A stretch of 64,000 nucleotides of DNA from Octopus sinensis (GCF_006345805.1 NC_043014.1:33666001-33730000), one strand, 5' to 3'. Counted from the stretch's first letter, positions 36,860 through 49,428 are shown. Numbers and translations are program-made. Notes: a model not told the origin generated them from the sequence alone.

Positions 36860-37120
36860 TATTTCGATTTTGGATTTGGTTTGCAAGATTTTTATGTGAG
36901 TTCGTGCGTTGAAGCATATTCTGTTGTTTCTGGGGAGAGTGATTTTCTTTTAGTGGCTTATAATGTAACACACTCACCGGTAAATTTTCCACTCATTTAA
37001 TTTATTCTTCTAAAATTGTTGTTGCGTCTTGCAACCTTTTCAAATGTTGTTGACTCTGTTCGTTATTCACACCCGAGTGTGAATAACGGACGGAGTCGAC
37101 AACTATTTCAAAGGTTATAT
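36860..37120. mobile_element. Dispersed repeat (related copies about 49070-49330 and 49435-49520) ending in a long hairpin
   Basis: TTTGCAAGATT..T.ATGTGA.TTCGTGCGTTGA shared between copies; hairpin at 37033-37116. Confidence 0.6.
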
Positions 37121-37141
37121 ATATATAACTATCTATGTATG

Positions 37142-37172
<31 letters not shown>

Positions 37173-37268
37173 TTAATATATATATATATATACATAGTTA
37201 TATATAAATAGTTTTATATATATAATTATATATATATATATACTTATATATAAATAGTTATGCACACA

Positions 37269-37327
<59 letters not shown>

Positions 37328-37699
37328 TGTTATCTACTACATATGTCGGAAATTCTGTCTGTGGGTGTGTTTATGGAGTTGTTAGCTAATCGTTTTATCG
37401 ATTTTCATGAAACTTAACGCCTGAGTAAAACTCATGTCTGGAAACATGACATGCTCAGATTTTTGAAAAATCAATAATAGGGCCCCTGGAAGGGATCCTT
37501 ACATATATCTGATATGTTTCATATTAATAGCCAAGGGAAATAACCCATTTATTTTCCTAAATCATTTGGTATAAATCAGATTGAATATGCTTATTTCATT
37601 ATATTTGAACTAACTGTTAGAGTTATTTATGCACTTATTTCGGTTAGTGACTTCGCGAATATACCAACACTAGCGCCACTCAGGGTTATATTCTCTGGG

Positions 37700-38150
37700 A
37701 ATGCACAAAAGCCCTTTTCAAAGTTATTTACTTTCAACTCCTTGATAGTACACGATGGTAATTCTTCTAGATAGTTTTCCAACCAGATTTCGATTCCTCT
37801 TCTATTCTACAGTCGTTTGGGATATTAGTATTCAGGTTTACAACATCAAAGGTTATCATGACTGTCTTTTCATTGATTGTTTTTGGGAGGTGGTTTAGTA
37901 TATCCTGATCGTCTCTAATGAAGCTTCTGATATATTTCAGAAGGGGTGCCAGTAGGATGTCCAGAAAATTGCTTGAACGCTGGGCTTCACATGATGGGTC
38001 AGCTATAATAGGTCTTAATTTTAAATCTTTTGGTCAGTGGACATTGATATATGTTTGACGATTCTTTGCAGATTTCATTTATTGTCTGGCTTTTGTGGAT
38101 TTTGGCAAGCCATAAAAAAGACTAGACTTACCTTCAAAATTTCCCTTCTT
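37700..38150 (-). pseudogene. Penelope-like element reverse transcriptase fragment (frameshifted)
   Basis: Minus strand NFEGKSSLFYGLPK(I)HKSQTINEICKESS...PKDLKLRPIIADPSCEAQRSSNFLDILLAPLLKYIRSFIRDDQDILNHLPKTINEKTVMITFDVVNLNTNIP...GIEIWLENY: the FYGLPKIHK, LRPII and FDV.NLYTNIP motifs of PLE RTs. Missed by the ORF track. Confidence 0.9.
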
Positions 38151-40139
38151 CATATATACGTACATATACAGATATATACATACATATACAAACATAAACA
38201 TACATACATATATATATATGAGGGAAGGAAGAGACAAAGATCACATTCCGCTATACAGCCCAATGTGGGTAATACATACTGGAGCGACAGAGAGTGGGGA
38301 CATAGATTTACATGCCGGTTTATTTCTGTGTAAACATATTTATGAACAACAATAAATATGTCCATGATCTATCTTTCTGCATTTCTAGACAGACAGACAC
38401 ATAAATATAAGTTTCATTGATTAAGTGAGTGAGTGAGTGAGTGAGTGAGTGAGTGAGTGAGTGAGGGAACGGGTGGGTGACAGTATTGGAATCATAATAT
38501 CAATATTGAAAGATGGTGGTGAACTACCAGACTCGTTTAAATTGCCTGAGGTCGCCTTTACCTTTTGTCCTTTCGGGATCAATGAAATAAGTACCAGTTG
38601 GAGGTACTGGGAACTATGTAATCGACTAGCACCTTTTTCAAAATTTCTGGCTTTGAGCCTATAACAAAAAGAAAATTGAACCTGGTTGAATGTTTGAAAT
38701 ACGAAGAACAAAGTACAAAACTAAATACTAAATGAAAGATTTTATACTGCACTCGACTAATGCTGCTAATTATTCTTAAGTGATACTGACCACCATAAAA
38801 AGTCTCCCATTGGATCATATAGAGTTGTTATTGTAAGTTAGTGAGTTCAGATAAGACTGGCATTATTCGCCATATTGAAATTGCTGTATACGTGTGTTTT
38901 TGTTCTTGTATATGTGTTAGTGAATGAAGACCACAGACCTTGTACTTTTGTTTTTTTTTTTTTTTAAGTGAGTAGGAATGTGGATATTTTCAAACGGTTT
39001 GAATGCTTACAATAGAGTGTCTATGTGTTTGTAGTGGAGCGGAGATGACTGAAAATGTTGAGGCATACTATCAAAAAGTTGTATCCTTCTCATGGCTCAG
39101 TGTTCAACGTTTTGTATAGCTTGATTCAGTGTATAGGTGGCCTGTGGATGAGGGGATGAGCGCAGCCTATAGTGATGAGAGGTTCACCATTCCTTAAAAA
39201 TGGTAAAAACATAAGCTTGCGTATTATTCATGGACGTGGTTTTGATGTCGCTTTTACTTAATAGTACAGGAACTAAAATGAAGCATTATGTCTCCCAAGA
39301 GCGCGGGGCGCCGAATCAAACATTCCTATATGATCACTGTGTTTGTATGGATTCTATGATCAAGACCCTCAATTCAACTGTCGATTCCACCTAGTTGTAA
39401 AGGTGTGCCATGTGATGTTAGAGTAACACACAAAGCCGCAAGTTAGTCTAACAAAGTGGTACATCATTCAACTACGGTGGTAGTTGAATAATTACTCACA
39501 CGCAGCATCTCTCAGAGCTTGACGCTAATTCAGTTCTTAACCAAACTGAAAACTCTTAACATTTTTGAAGATGACTGGTCCCTAGCTACATTTTGGCATA
39601 AAAGAATTGAGGTTTGGTCCAGTAGAAAAAAGTTTACATCGAAATTTGTAGCAACGTTATAAGAGAGTAAGTAACGCCACCAATCAAATTTAGATCTAAA
39701 TAACTTTTTATATTTTAAAAGCAAAATGTATTTACCTTAGCTTCAATGATAGACGAAAGCATGAAGAATTTCATAATTTTGGTCCCATGCAACAAATTTG
39801 TATAAAAAAAGTTGTGAGGTAAAATACCATGAAAAAATATAAGGCAAAAAATTGGATTTAAGTATAATTAACTTTTTTATTTTAAAAACAAATTATATTT
39901 TAATTAAGCTTAAATGATAGATCCCAATTCGAGAAATTTCATGGTATCAATTTCATGCAATGATGTTTTAAAAGAAAAAAGTTATGAGTGTTTGTTTCTC
40001 AAATTTGAGGGTGAAAATAGAGTTCTATACTTTTTATGAATATAGTTCTGTAGGGGGACTTTTAATATATGTCACCGGCATCATTGAGGTAAGGAAAAAA
40101 TTATCAACAACACCGCTAATTGACACATTTGATATGTTA

Positions 40140-41110
40140 TTAATTAGCGTAATAGCATAGCCTGGAAAAAACATTGATTACATGGAAAATTACGAGCAAG
40201 AGAAATAATATTCTAAAGGTTATAAACCTGGAAAGTACAAGACAAGTTATTACACTTGAAAGAGTTCAGGACAACTCATTATATTTGGTAAGGTACAGAA
40301 CAAGAACATTTTTACTTAAAATATGGCAGCTAAGGATAAAATTCAAATATTAAAAATTATTTGATTTTAAGTTACAAAGTAACACTATAATTAAGAAAGG
40401 TACCATCATTTTGTTGAAATATTGACGCAGTAGAATACTTTAAAAATGAGATCCAGAAGTACCAATATAGCTAAAGTTTTATGCAAAGTAGAACAGTATA
40501 TATGGTTGGCCCAGTGGTTAGGGTAGCGGACTCGCGGTTTCGATTCCCAGACCGGGCGTTGTGAGTGTTTATTGAGCGAAAACACCTAAAGCACTACGAG
40601 GCTCCGGCAGGAATTGTGGTGATCCCTGCTGTACTCTTTCACCACAACTTTCTCTCACTCTTACTTCCTGTTTCTGTTGTACCTGTATTTCAAAGGACCG
40701 GCCTTGTCACTCTCTGTGTCACGCTGAATATCCCCGAGAACTACGTTAAGAGTACACGTGTCTGTGGAGTGCTCAGCCACTTGCACGTTAATTTCACGAG
40801 CAGGCTGTTCCGTTGATCGGATCAACCGGAACCCTCGTCGTCGTAACCGACGGAGTGCTTCTATATATATAGTATATATGGTAGGCAAACTCATTATGTA
40901 AAAAATGGTAATTGGGTCAAGACTAAAAATGTCAAGACTTGGCAATAAGTAAAAATTTTCTTGTTCTGTACTTTTCCAGATGTAATAACTTGTCCTGAAC
41001 TTTTCCAAGTATAATAACTTGTCCTGTACTTATAAACCTGGAGGCTTATAATCTTAAGAATATTATTTTTCTTGCTCGCATTTTTCCGTGCAATTACATA
41101 TAGTTGCAAG
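40140..41110. mobile_element. Foldback-like element with about 150-bp inverted arms built of about 29-bp subrepeats
   Basis: 40173-40320 is the inverted copy of 40945-41095 (TGGAAAAGTACAGGACAAGTTATTATACT-like units); same family as 31680-32570; carries a SINE in its centre. Confidence 0.65.
40504..40860 (+). mobile_element. SINE group C, tail type 3
   Basis: Group C head and body, then GTACCTGTATTTCAAAGG...CGTTGATCGGATCAACCGGAACCCTCGTCGTCGTAACCGACGGAGTGC. Confidence 0.88.
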
Positions 41111-41140
41111 TAGGTATCACATGATGATACAAGTCACTTA

Positions 41141-41966
41141 GGAGCTTTTCCTTTTGAACGGCACATGTCAACACAATTTCTAGTTAACTAAACACTTTAA
41201 AACTTCGTATACTGGTAGAATGTGTCAAAATAAAACATTTTTTTCTCTTGGCTTTCTTGATAAAATTGTAATTTGTTTGTTTAACGTAGTTTAATTTTTC
41301 GAATGTTAACCAATGAATCGCCTCTAATTGAGCTAAAATTATTTGCTGCGTCTAAAACTGAGACAACATCCTGTCACTAACCCTAAGTCTCACCCTCACC
41401 CTAACCCTAACCCTAATTTTTTTTTTCTTAATTGTTAAATTAATTTAATTGTTACGCGTGTAAAAAAAACGAAAGGCTAAAACGAAAGCAATGGAAAATA
41501 ATTTAAACAATTAACAAACAAAATAATTCTATAATTTTATACACACGCTTTCCGTACATATATGGAAAGCGTGTGTTACGGAAAGCGTGTATATAAAATT
41601 ATAGAATTATTTTGTTTGTTAATTGTTTAAATTATTTTCCATTGCTTTCGTTTTAGCCTTTCGTTTTTTTTTTTTTCTTAATTGTTATCCTTGAATTAAT
41701 TTAACAATTAAGAAAAAAAAAACGAAAGGCAAAAATTTAGGGTGAGGGTGTTGTCTCAGTTTTAGATGCAGCAAATGATTTTAGCTCAATTAGAGGCGAT
41801 TCATTCGAAAAATTAAACAACGTTAAATAAACGAATTACAATTTTATCAAGAAAGCCAAGAGAAAAAAATGTTTTATTTTGACACATTCTACCAGTATAC
41901 GAAGCTTAAAAGTGTTTAGTTAACTAGAAATTGTGTTGAAATGTGCCGTTCAAAAGGAAAAGATCC
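41141..41966. mobile_element. 826-bp palindromic (foldback) non-autonomous DNA transposon with 8-bp TSD, Merlin-like
   Basis: Termini GGAGCTTTTCCTTTTGAACGGCAC / GTGCCGTTCAAAAGGAAAAGATCC; exact TSD GTCACTTA (41133-41140, 41967-41974); arms complementary over most of their length; CCCTAA tract at 41380-41416. Confidence 0.85.
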
Positions 41967-42549
41967 GTCACTTATAGCTATATTCAGTAAAACTACTTCT
42001 AAGTAGGTGCATGTTTAAATCCAAATAACTGTAAGTAGGCACTGCATGGGGTGTAGGCCATTTAGTCAAAAGTATACCAATAGCTGATTCTAAGTGCGTT
42101 GGCTGGTCCATTTCATTGTGCTGTAATAGCATCACAATATGTATGACTCACTGCGGCATAAGAATATGGTAAAAGCATTGTGTATTAGATAAGTGAGTTA
42201 TTGGCAGGAACAAAGAAAAATTGCTCACGATAGAGCAGCATTCTCTGAAAGGTTTTTTTTTTATTTCACACCCACTTCACGCTCCAAGACTCTAGAAATA
42301 TCTCACGTCTCAGTAGATCAATGTTATACAGCATATGTTTACCAATATGTAGTCTCACTATCAGATATTCAAGAATTGACAATTAGTTTCTCTTTTATTT
42401 TCTTTAGTTTTAGCTTCAATACATTTATGATTAATGATGCAAAAGAGAGAAAGCTTTATTGTTTAGAGGGAGTTATAATAATTTATTTGGTAGATAAGGG
42501 CAGTGGATTAGCAAAATGAGAGTCGTCGAGAAAAATGATTTAGGGTATT

Positions 42550-42782
42550 TCTTATTTCTTTACTACCCACAAGGGGCTACACACAGAGAGGACAAACAAG
42601 GACAGACAAACGGATTAAGTCGATTATATCGACCCCAGTGCGTACCTGGTACTTATTTAATCGACCCCGAAAGGATGAAAGGCAAAGTCGACCGAGGCGG
42701 AATTTGAACTCAGAACGTAGCGGCAGACGAAATACTGCTAAGCATTTCGCCCGGCATGCTAACGTTTCTGCCAGCTCGCCCT
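42550..42782 (-). mobile_element. SINE group A, single unit, near intact
   Basis: End-to-end alignment with 25757-25988. Confidence 0.92.
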
Positions 42783-43729
42783 ACCGGCTCTCTATATCCT
42801 GATTTCAAATTCCGCCGAAATCAACTTTGACTTTCGTCTCTCCCGGGCCGTTGAAATAAGTGTCAATCAAGTACTGTGGTTAGCTCAATCGACTAACCCT
42901 CTTCTCAACCCAAATCTCAGGACTTGTGCCAATTTAAGAAATAATTATATATTTGGTGGGTGACATTATTTGTGGAAGGGATATTACTTTTTTGAGGGGG
43001 AGGGATTTGTTTTTTGGTCGAGATATTGTTTTTTGAACGAAGAATTATTTTGGGTGTGGCGAGTCATTTATTTTTTGTGTGTGCGATGGGGGCAACCATT
43101 AGTTTTATTTTTCATTTATTATTAACTGTTTTTTGTAGGCGGGTTGTGAGAGGAAAGGCATGTCGGAGTGTGTTCAAGAGTCACCATCTTTCAGCAGTGG
43201 GAGGAGAGAGAGGGAGAGAGAGAGAGACAACCTTATTTTCAAAGAAACTTCAAAGTTTAAGCAAATAAAATAAAGAAACAGCAAGTGTTTTTTAGGCAAT
43301 GAAAGAAAAGAAAAGCAAAAATGGAACCAGAAAAAAACTTTTGAAAAAACAACGAAAGGAAAGAAAATACAGAACTAAAGGGTAAAAAAAGGGAGAAAGA
43401 AGAAAATACAAAAAGAATAAAACAAAGAAGAAATAAAAGGAGGAGAGCAAAAAAGATTTAAAATGTAAGCTAGGAATCAAAGGTGGAGGTGTGGGTGAGA
43501 TTTGAAATCGCTTTGTAGAAATTACTATTTTTATGTCTTCATAGGAATTTATTTATTTGTTATTGCATTTTTCTGTTTTCCTTCGTTTTTCCATTTCCCA
43601 TTTTTTTTTCTTCCATCAACCATTTTTTTCTTATCTATTGGATGTAAATAAGACAAGAAATAAGAAAAGCACGAAATACATATGAACAAGAAGAAGAAGC
43701 ACAACATAACATGTAGGAAATATTAGCAA

Positions 43730-43804
43730 TGCGTGTATATATATATGTATGCATGTATGTATATGTGTATGTATATGTATGTATATGTGTATGTATATTG
43801 TATG

Positions 43805-43852
<48 letters not shown>

Positions 43853-43881
43853 GATATATATATATATATATATATATATGT

Positions 43882-43924
<43 letters not shown>

Positions 43925-44035
43925 GTATGTATGGTATGTATGTATGTATGTATGTGTGTATATATATATATATGTACACACACACCACAGACACACGCAC
44001 ACACACGCACACACACGCACACACACACTTTAACA
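43730..44035. repeat. Compound TA/TATG/CA microsatellite
   Basis: Direct reading. Confidence 0.95.
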
Positions 44036-44829
44036 CAACATGACTAAAATGGATTCTTTGCTACATTTTGTTGTACTTATTCTTCAGTTTCACTACCAGC
44101 ACCACTGTCATCATCCTCTCCTTTCTTTCTTTTTTTACGACACCGGTTACAACTACAATATCAACGACCACTACTGCTACGACTACTTGTTGTTGTAGAA
44201 GTGATAGTGGTAGTGTTTTTTTTTTTACTGTTTCTTTATCCTGCTGTTACCAAACAATGTTGGTGGGCCGAACTAAAAACCTTCCACTATTAAAGTATAT
44301 CATCGATACCTTAAACGAACTTTGTTGCTTTACTCAAAAAGACTTCAGAAACGAATCAAAACAAAATCAACAAAACAAACAGGAATATAAAGAAATTAAT
44401 CATATCCAGCAAAGAAAGCTGAACAGAGTGTTTAACGTTTCGGCTACTGATCCTTTTTCTTAAGTCATTTTTCTCTTAGTATATTTCATTTTAGATCTTT
44501 CTGTCACTGTCTGTGTGTGTCTCTCTCTCTCTATTTTCCCTCTCTCTCATTCTCTCTCTCTATCTAACTATCTCCCTGGGTGTGTGCGTGTGTATTTGTG
44601 TGTGTGTGTGTGTGTGTGTGTTTTGCAGCCGACTTCATATAGTAATAATTTCAGTGTGAAAGAAGTTATGCTTACATGTTTGCATTTATATGCATGTTCG
44701 GCTATATACAATACAATTGTGTATTCACAAATTCATGCAAATAAAGAAAGCTAGCTCATCAGATTATCAGAACATCCTCGTTACACAAACTATTTAACCC
44801 TACGCATAAATACACACCACCCACACAAA

Positions 44830-44894
<65 letters not shown>

Positions 44895-45258
44895 CGCCAG
44901 CTAAACTAAGTTGTACTGTCAATTAGTCGTAAGACACCCGCTGTTTTTGTCTGTTATTACTATTATTGTTTTTTGTATTTATATTCGTGTGGCATCGTCC
45001 GTTTTTCTGTCCTTGTTTCGTATACATTCGATCCTTTTTCCAAGAAATCTAATGCTCGTAGCTTAGTTTTTCCTTGGGGCTGGCCGGATCGGAGCGATCT
45101 CAAGATTATCAGGCCGAAATTGCGAGGATGATCCGGTTCTTGACTGAAGATTGAGGCTTCGAATGTCCCGTCCGTGTTTTTTGTATCGTCTTCTAAATGT
45201 TTTACGTTCTTGTCCCAGTTTGTATTTTTCTACATATAATATATATATATGTATTATG

Positions 45259-45290
<32 letters not shown>

Positions 45291-45434
45291 ATATAATATA
45301 TATATTATATATATATATATATATTATATTTGTGTATGTGTTTGTACGCAATATTCATCCACTTCACGTTAAATTCAGGAGTTAGAAATTCAGTTGAATC
45401 GGACGACAGAGACAACACCACCACCATTGTGTGT

Positions 45435-45476
<42 letters not shown>

Positions 45477-45804
45477 GGGGTAGGTAATATATTTGTTGAG
45501 ACAAAATTACAGTTTAATCCTGACACGATGACTAGAATAGTTATTGGATCTTGTTGTTGCTGTCGTTATGTTGGCGGCGGCGGCGGGGATGTTGATAATA
45601 GTGGTAGTCAAAACAGCTGCAAATTTACAAAGTAACGTATTTGTTTTCAGAAAGATGTCTGCTACATTGTTCCATGGAAATATTAGGAGGTGTGGAGTAC
45701 TGGACCGGGAGAAGAGTATACTTAGATCCACCCATTTATCCATACACTCAACCATACATACATACATACATACATACATACATACATACATACATACATA
45801 CATA

Positions 45805-46211
45805 CAGGAGTGGCTGTGTGGTAAGTAGCTTGTCTACCAACCACATGGTTCCGGGTTCAGTCCCACTGCGTGGCACCTTGGGCAAGTGTCTTCTACTATA
45901 GCTTCGGGCCGACCAAAGCCTTGTGAGTGGATTTGGTAGACGGAAACTGAAAGAAGCCCGTCGTATATATATATATATATGCGTGTGTGTGTTTGTGTGT
46001 CTGTATTTGTCCCCTAGCATTGCTTGACAACCAATGCTGGTGTGTTTTATGTCCCCGTTACTTAGCGGTTCGGCAAAAGAGACCGATAGAATAAGTACTG
46101 TGCTTACAAAAAGAATAAGTCCCGGGGTCGAGTTGCTCGATTAAAGGCGGTGCTCCAGCACGGCCGCAGTCAAATGACAGAAACAAGTAAAAGAGTAAAG
46201 AGTAAAAGAGT
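45805..46211 (+). mobile_element. SINE group B, full length
   Basis: Head CAGGAGTGGCTGTGTGGTAAG, B box GGGTTCAGTCCC, CORE-like GGCACCTTGGGCAAGTGTCTT, tail GTAAAAGAGTAAAGAGTAAAAGAG. Confidence 0.93.
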
Positions 46212-46484
46212 ATATACATATATACATAAGTATTTATCATTTTATATGAGTTACAAAGGGCAGCGCCCGTGGAAGGAGATGAACTAATGAGGGTTCCTCT
46301 ATCTAGTCGCTCAACCTGCAGGAAATAGCAGCTAAATCTACCATAAGTTACACTCAGTCATCTTTTTAAAAACAGGATACGTTGCATAATTGGTATTGGA
46401 TTCCATACACACATTCGCAGGGGTAAAGTTCATTAACTACTTCGATTTCACCACCTTCAGCCTTTTAACATTCATCGAGCCAAA

Positions 46485-46500
46485 GAAAGAAAGAAAAAAA

Positions 46501-46568
<68 letters not shown>

Positions 46569-46585
46569 AAAAGAGAGAGAGAAAG
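46485..46585. repeat. (AAAG)n microsatellite
   Basis: Direct reading. Confidence 0.97.
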
Positions 46586-47288
46586 AAAGAAAAAGTGAGA
46601 GAGGGGCAAATGATAAATATGGATAATTAAGTTAAGCCTTTAACTAAGAAATTAAATTCCGGAACTGATGTTGAATATCTACCAAGAAATCGAATTAATA
46701 TTTTCTACAAGTCACGCTGCCTCAATAAGCTAAATATATTCAACAGAAAACAGTTTCAAATATGACATTCCTTAACAACAGATAAATTGCTAGAACCAGC
46801 ACTAGCGCCAGCGATAAATAGAGCAACGGTATCAGAACAGGCTGATGTCGCGATTAGCCGGTGAGCTTGTTAAAAAATATTTATTAGCAACAGAGACAAT
46901 ATTCCTACCGTGTGATAAAATTTATCTCCACTTAAGCGCGGATGTTTTGTTAGAAAAAACAATACTACAGTTGTTACCATGAGAGAAACTCTTATACTAG
47001 CTCTTGGTGCAAAATGCACTCCTGTTAATATCACTAGCAGGGAGATAAATCCCCGCTACCTTCAGCGCCATGACCACTAGATCACATGATTTCGACCTTT
47101 CTCAGTCTTGTCTGTGATGGGCGCTCGACCGCTAGAGATAGCAGGGATATATAGAATAACAGTGCCAGAACATATTGATCGGTATAGGAAACTGCTTTCC
47201 GCAGATAAGGGTAATAGAATTTTGAGTAAATATACCTCCTTATACTATGAAAGGATTAAAGGATGGTGTATTGTAAGATGTACATAAT

Positions 47289-47742
47289 GGATCTTTTCGG
47301 TTCGAACGGCAGTTTTTTAAAATAATTTCCACGTAACTAAACACTTTTAAACTTCGTATACTGGTAGAATGTGTTTATAAAACATCTTTTCTCTTGGCTT
47401 TACTGAGAAAATTCTATAGTTTGTAAGATATTTGTTGTTGTTTTTCTTCAATTTCTGCAATTTCAACCAGTCAATGAGGTGAAAACATTATGTGCCGTAT
47501 GAATATGTCCCTCGTTTAAGAAACAGATTGGGTTTATTTACATTTCTGAAGAAAAAAAGATACCATTCCCCCCCACCCCTAACCCTAAGCCTAACTAATC
47601 TTAACCCTAAGCCTAACTAACCCTAACTAACCCTAACCCTAAAACAGATTGAAATGCAATAGATCGATACTAGGGTCATAATTATGGGTGACAATTTCAT
47701 ATGACACCGCTAGAAAAACTGCCGTTCAAACCGAAAAGATCC
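47289..47742. mobile_element. 454-bp non-autonomous DNA transposon with 8-bp TSD and internal telomere-like repeats, Merlin-like
   Basis: TIRs GGATCTTTTCGGTTCGAACGGCAGTTTTT / AAAAACTGCCGTTCAAACCGAAAAGATCC; exact TSD TACATAAT (47281-47288, 47743-47750); (CCCTAA)-like tract at 47576-47642; left about 140 bp homologous to the arm of 41141-41966. Confidence 0.88.
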
Positions 47743-48960
47743 TACATAATTTATTCATAATTTTTTCTTTATTTGTTTGTAATGTCCCTCTGAGTAGAAG
47801 GCGGAAAACAAAAACCTAACTGTTAGCAGTGATTGTTAAGAACTCATTAGAAGTTAGGAGAGATAGTTTCAAGAGATGAAGAACAAATTTCTTGAGCAAA
47901 CTTATTTGCTAGAGAAGTAAGAATCTAATCTTTCTTATGGACAACGGAGAACTATGTACATCTGTTTCGGTCTGCTAAACATCGTCAGCATAGTACACTG
48001 TCTTCTTACTTGTAGATCACAACCATAAATTTCGAGGCAAGTTCTAACAAATTTTTGTTTATCTTTTATCATTTAAATTTTACTTGCTTCAGTCATTTGA
48101 CTGCGGTCATATTGAAGATTTTTGTCAAACGAATCACGCCCCCCGCCCAATACTTATTATTCTCTTAAAGTCTGATACTCATTGTGTCGGTGTCTTTTGT
48201 CGAGCGGCTAAGTTACGAGAACGTAAACAAACCAACACCGGTTTTCAAGCGGAAGAGAAGTCAAGCATCAACGCAAAGAGCTGCAAGTACACACACATGC
48301 ACACACACACACGTACACACGCACACACACACAAACACACACACACATATATATATAAATACATTGGTCGGTCCGTGGCAATACTAAAATACCCTTGCCC
48401 AAGGTACCATACCTTCTACTCAGGACACAAACAAACCTAGCTTCTTTTGTTTCGTTTTAATTTGTCTGCAGAGCGCATGATTGCTAGACTATGAAGAACA
48501 TATTGCAAGCGAGAGGGTATCAGCTGTTACGACCGATCAAGGAACATTAACAAGAAAAGGTAGGAAAATAAAACAACAAATTAAAGATATTCTAAAAGCA
48601 AAAGTCAGCAGTAGTAAGAAGAAAAGAAATGGGGGACTTTGAAAGGTCATCAGAGTAAGAAAGGGTTGTAAAGGGTCACAGAGTTGTATTTGCTCACTTT
48701 GATGTTTCACAGCTGGGTGGTTATCAACATAACACACTTCCTGATGAAGCGTTTCGTTTATTATTGCGGTATTTAGTTACGTTGCTTTTAGGTTCGGAGT
48801 TCAAATCACGCTGAGGCCAATTTTGTCATTGATCTTTTTGAGGTCGATATGATATATACCAGTCAAGTACTGGATTTACTTTAGCCGACTTTATTCCTGC
48901 TTCCTAATAAAATCGATGTCTTTCAATTTAAAATGTACATTTATTATGAATGTGCATGTC

Positions 48961-48995
<35 letters not shown>

Positions 48996-49377
48996 ATTCA
49001 AAAACATACATACGTACATACGTACGTGCGTATGTATGAATGTATGTATGTATTTATGTATGTATGTATACTTCGATTTTAAGTTTAGTTTTGCAAGATT
49101 CTTGATGTGAATTCGTGCGTTGAGACAAATCTTGCGTCATTACGTCAATAATAATAAAACACGCACAGGTTCAGTTCCATTTCTTTATTGTTAGTCAATT
49201 GGTTAAATATTTAGCCATCTAACAAATCGATTGTTTCTTTAATGTGCTGGTTAAACAATCAATCAGTTGTTTGTTAATCAAATTTCTTTTGTCTTTGTTC
49301 GCGACATTTTCAGTGGCTTAATGACTTCCAAGATCTGCACTGATTCTGTTCTGGATGTATGCATATTTTTGAGTGTG

Positions 49378-49428
<51 letters not shown>

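Noticed and set aside
41380-47642. CCCTAA tracts as relics of a chromosome end or fusion
   Set aside because: Short, degenerate and enclosed within TSD-flanked transposons.
48430-48700. Very strong + strand acceptor (TTTGTCTGCAG) and Lys-rich reading DYEEHIAS...KKKRNGGL
   Set aside because: All three frames stop within about 25 nt of the acceptor, and the purine-rich tract equally mimics a minus-strand polypyrimidine tract; unsupported.
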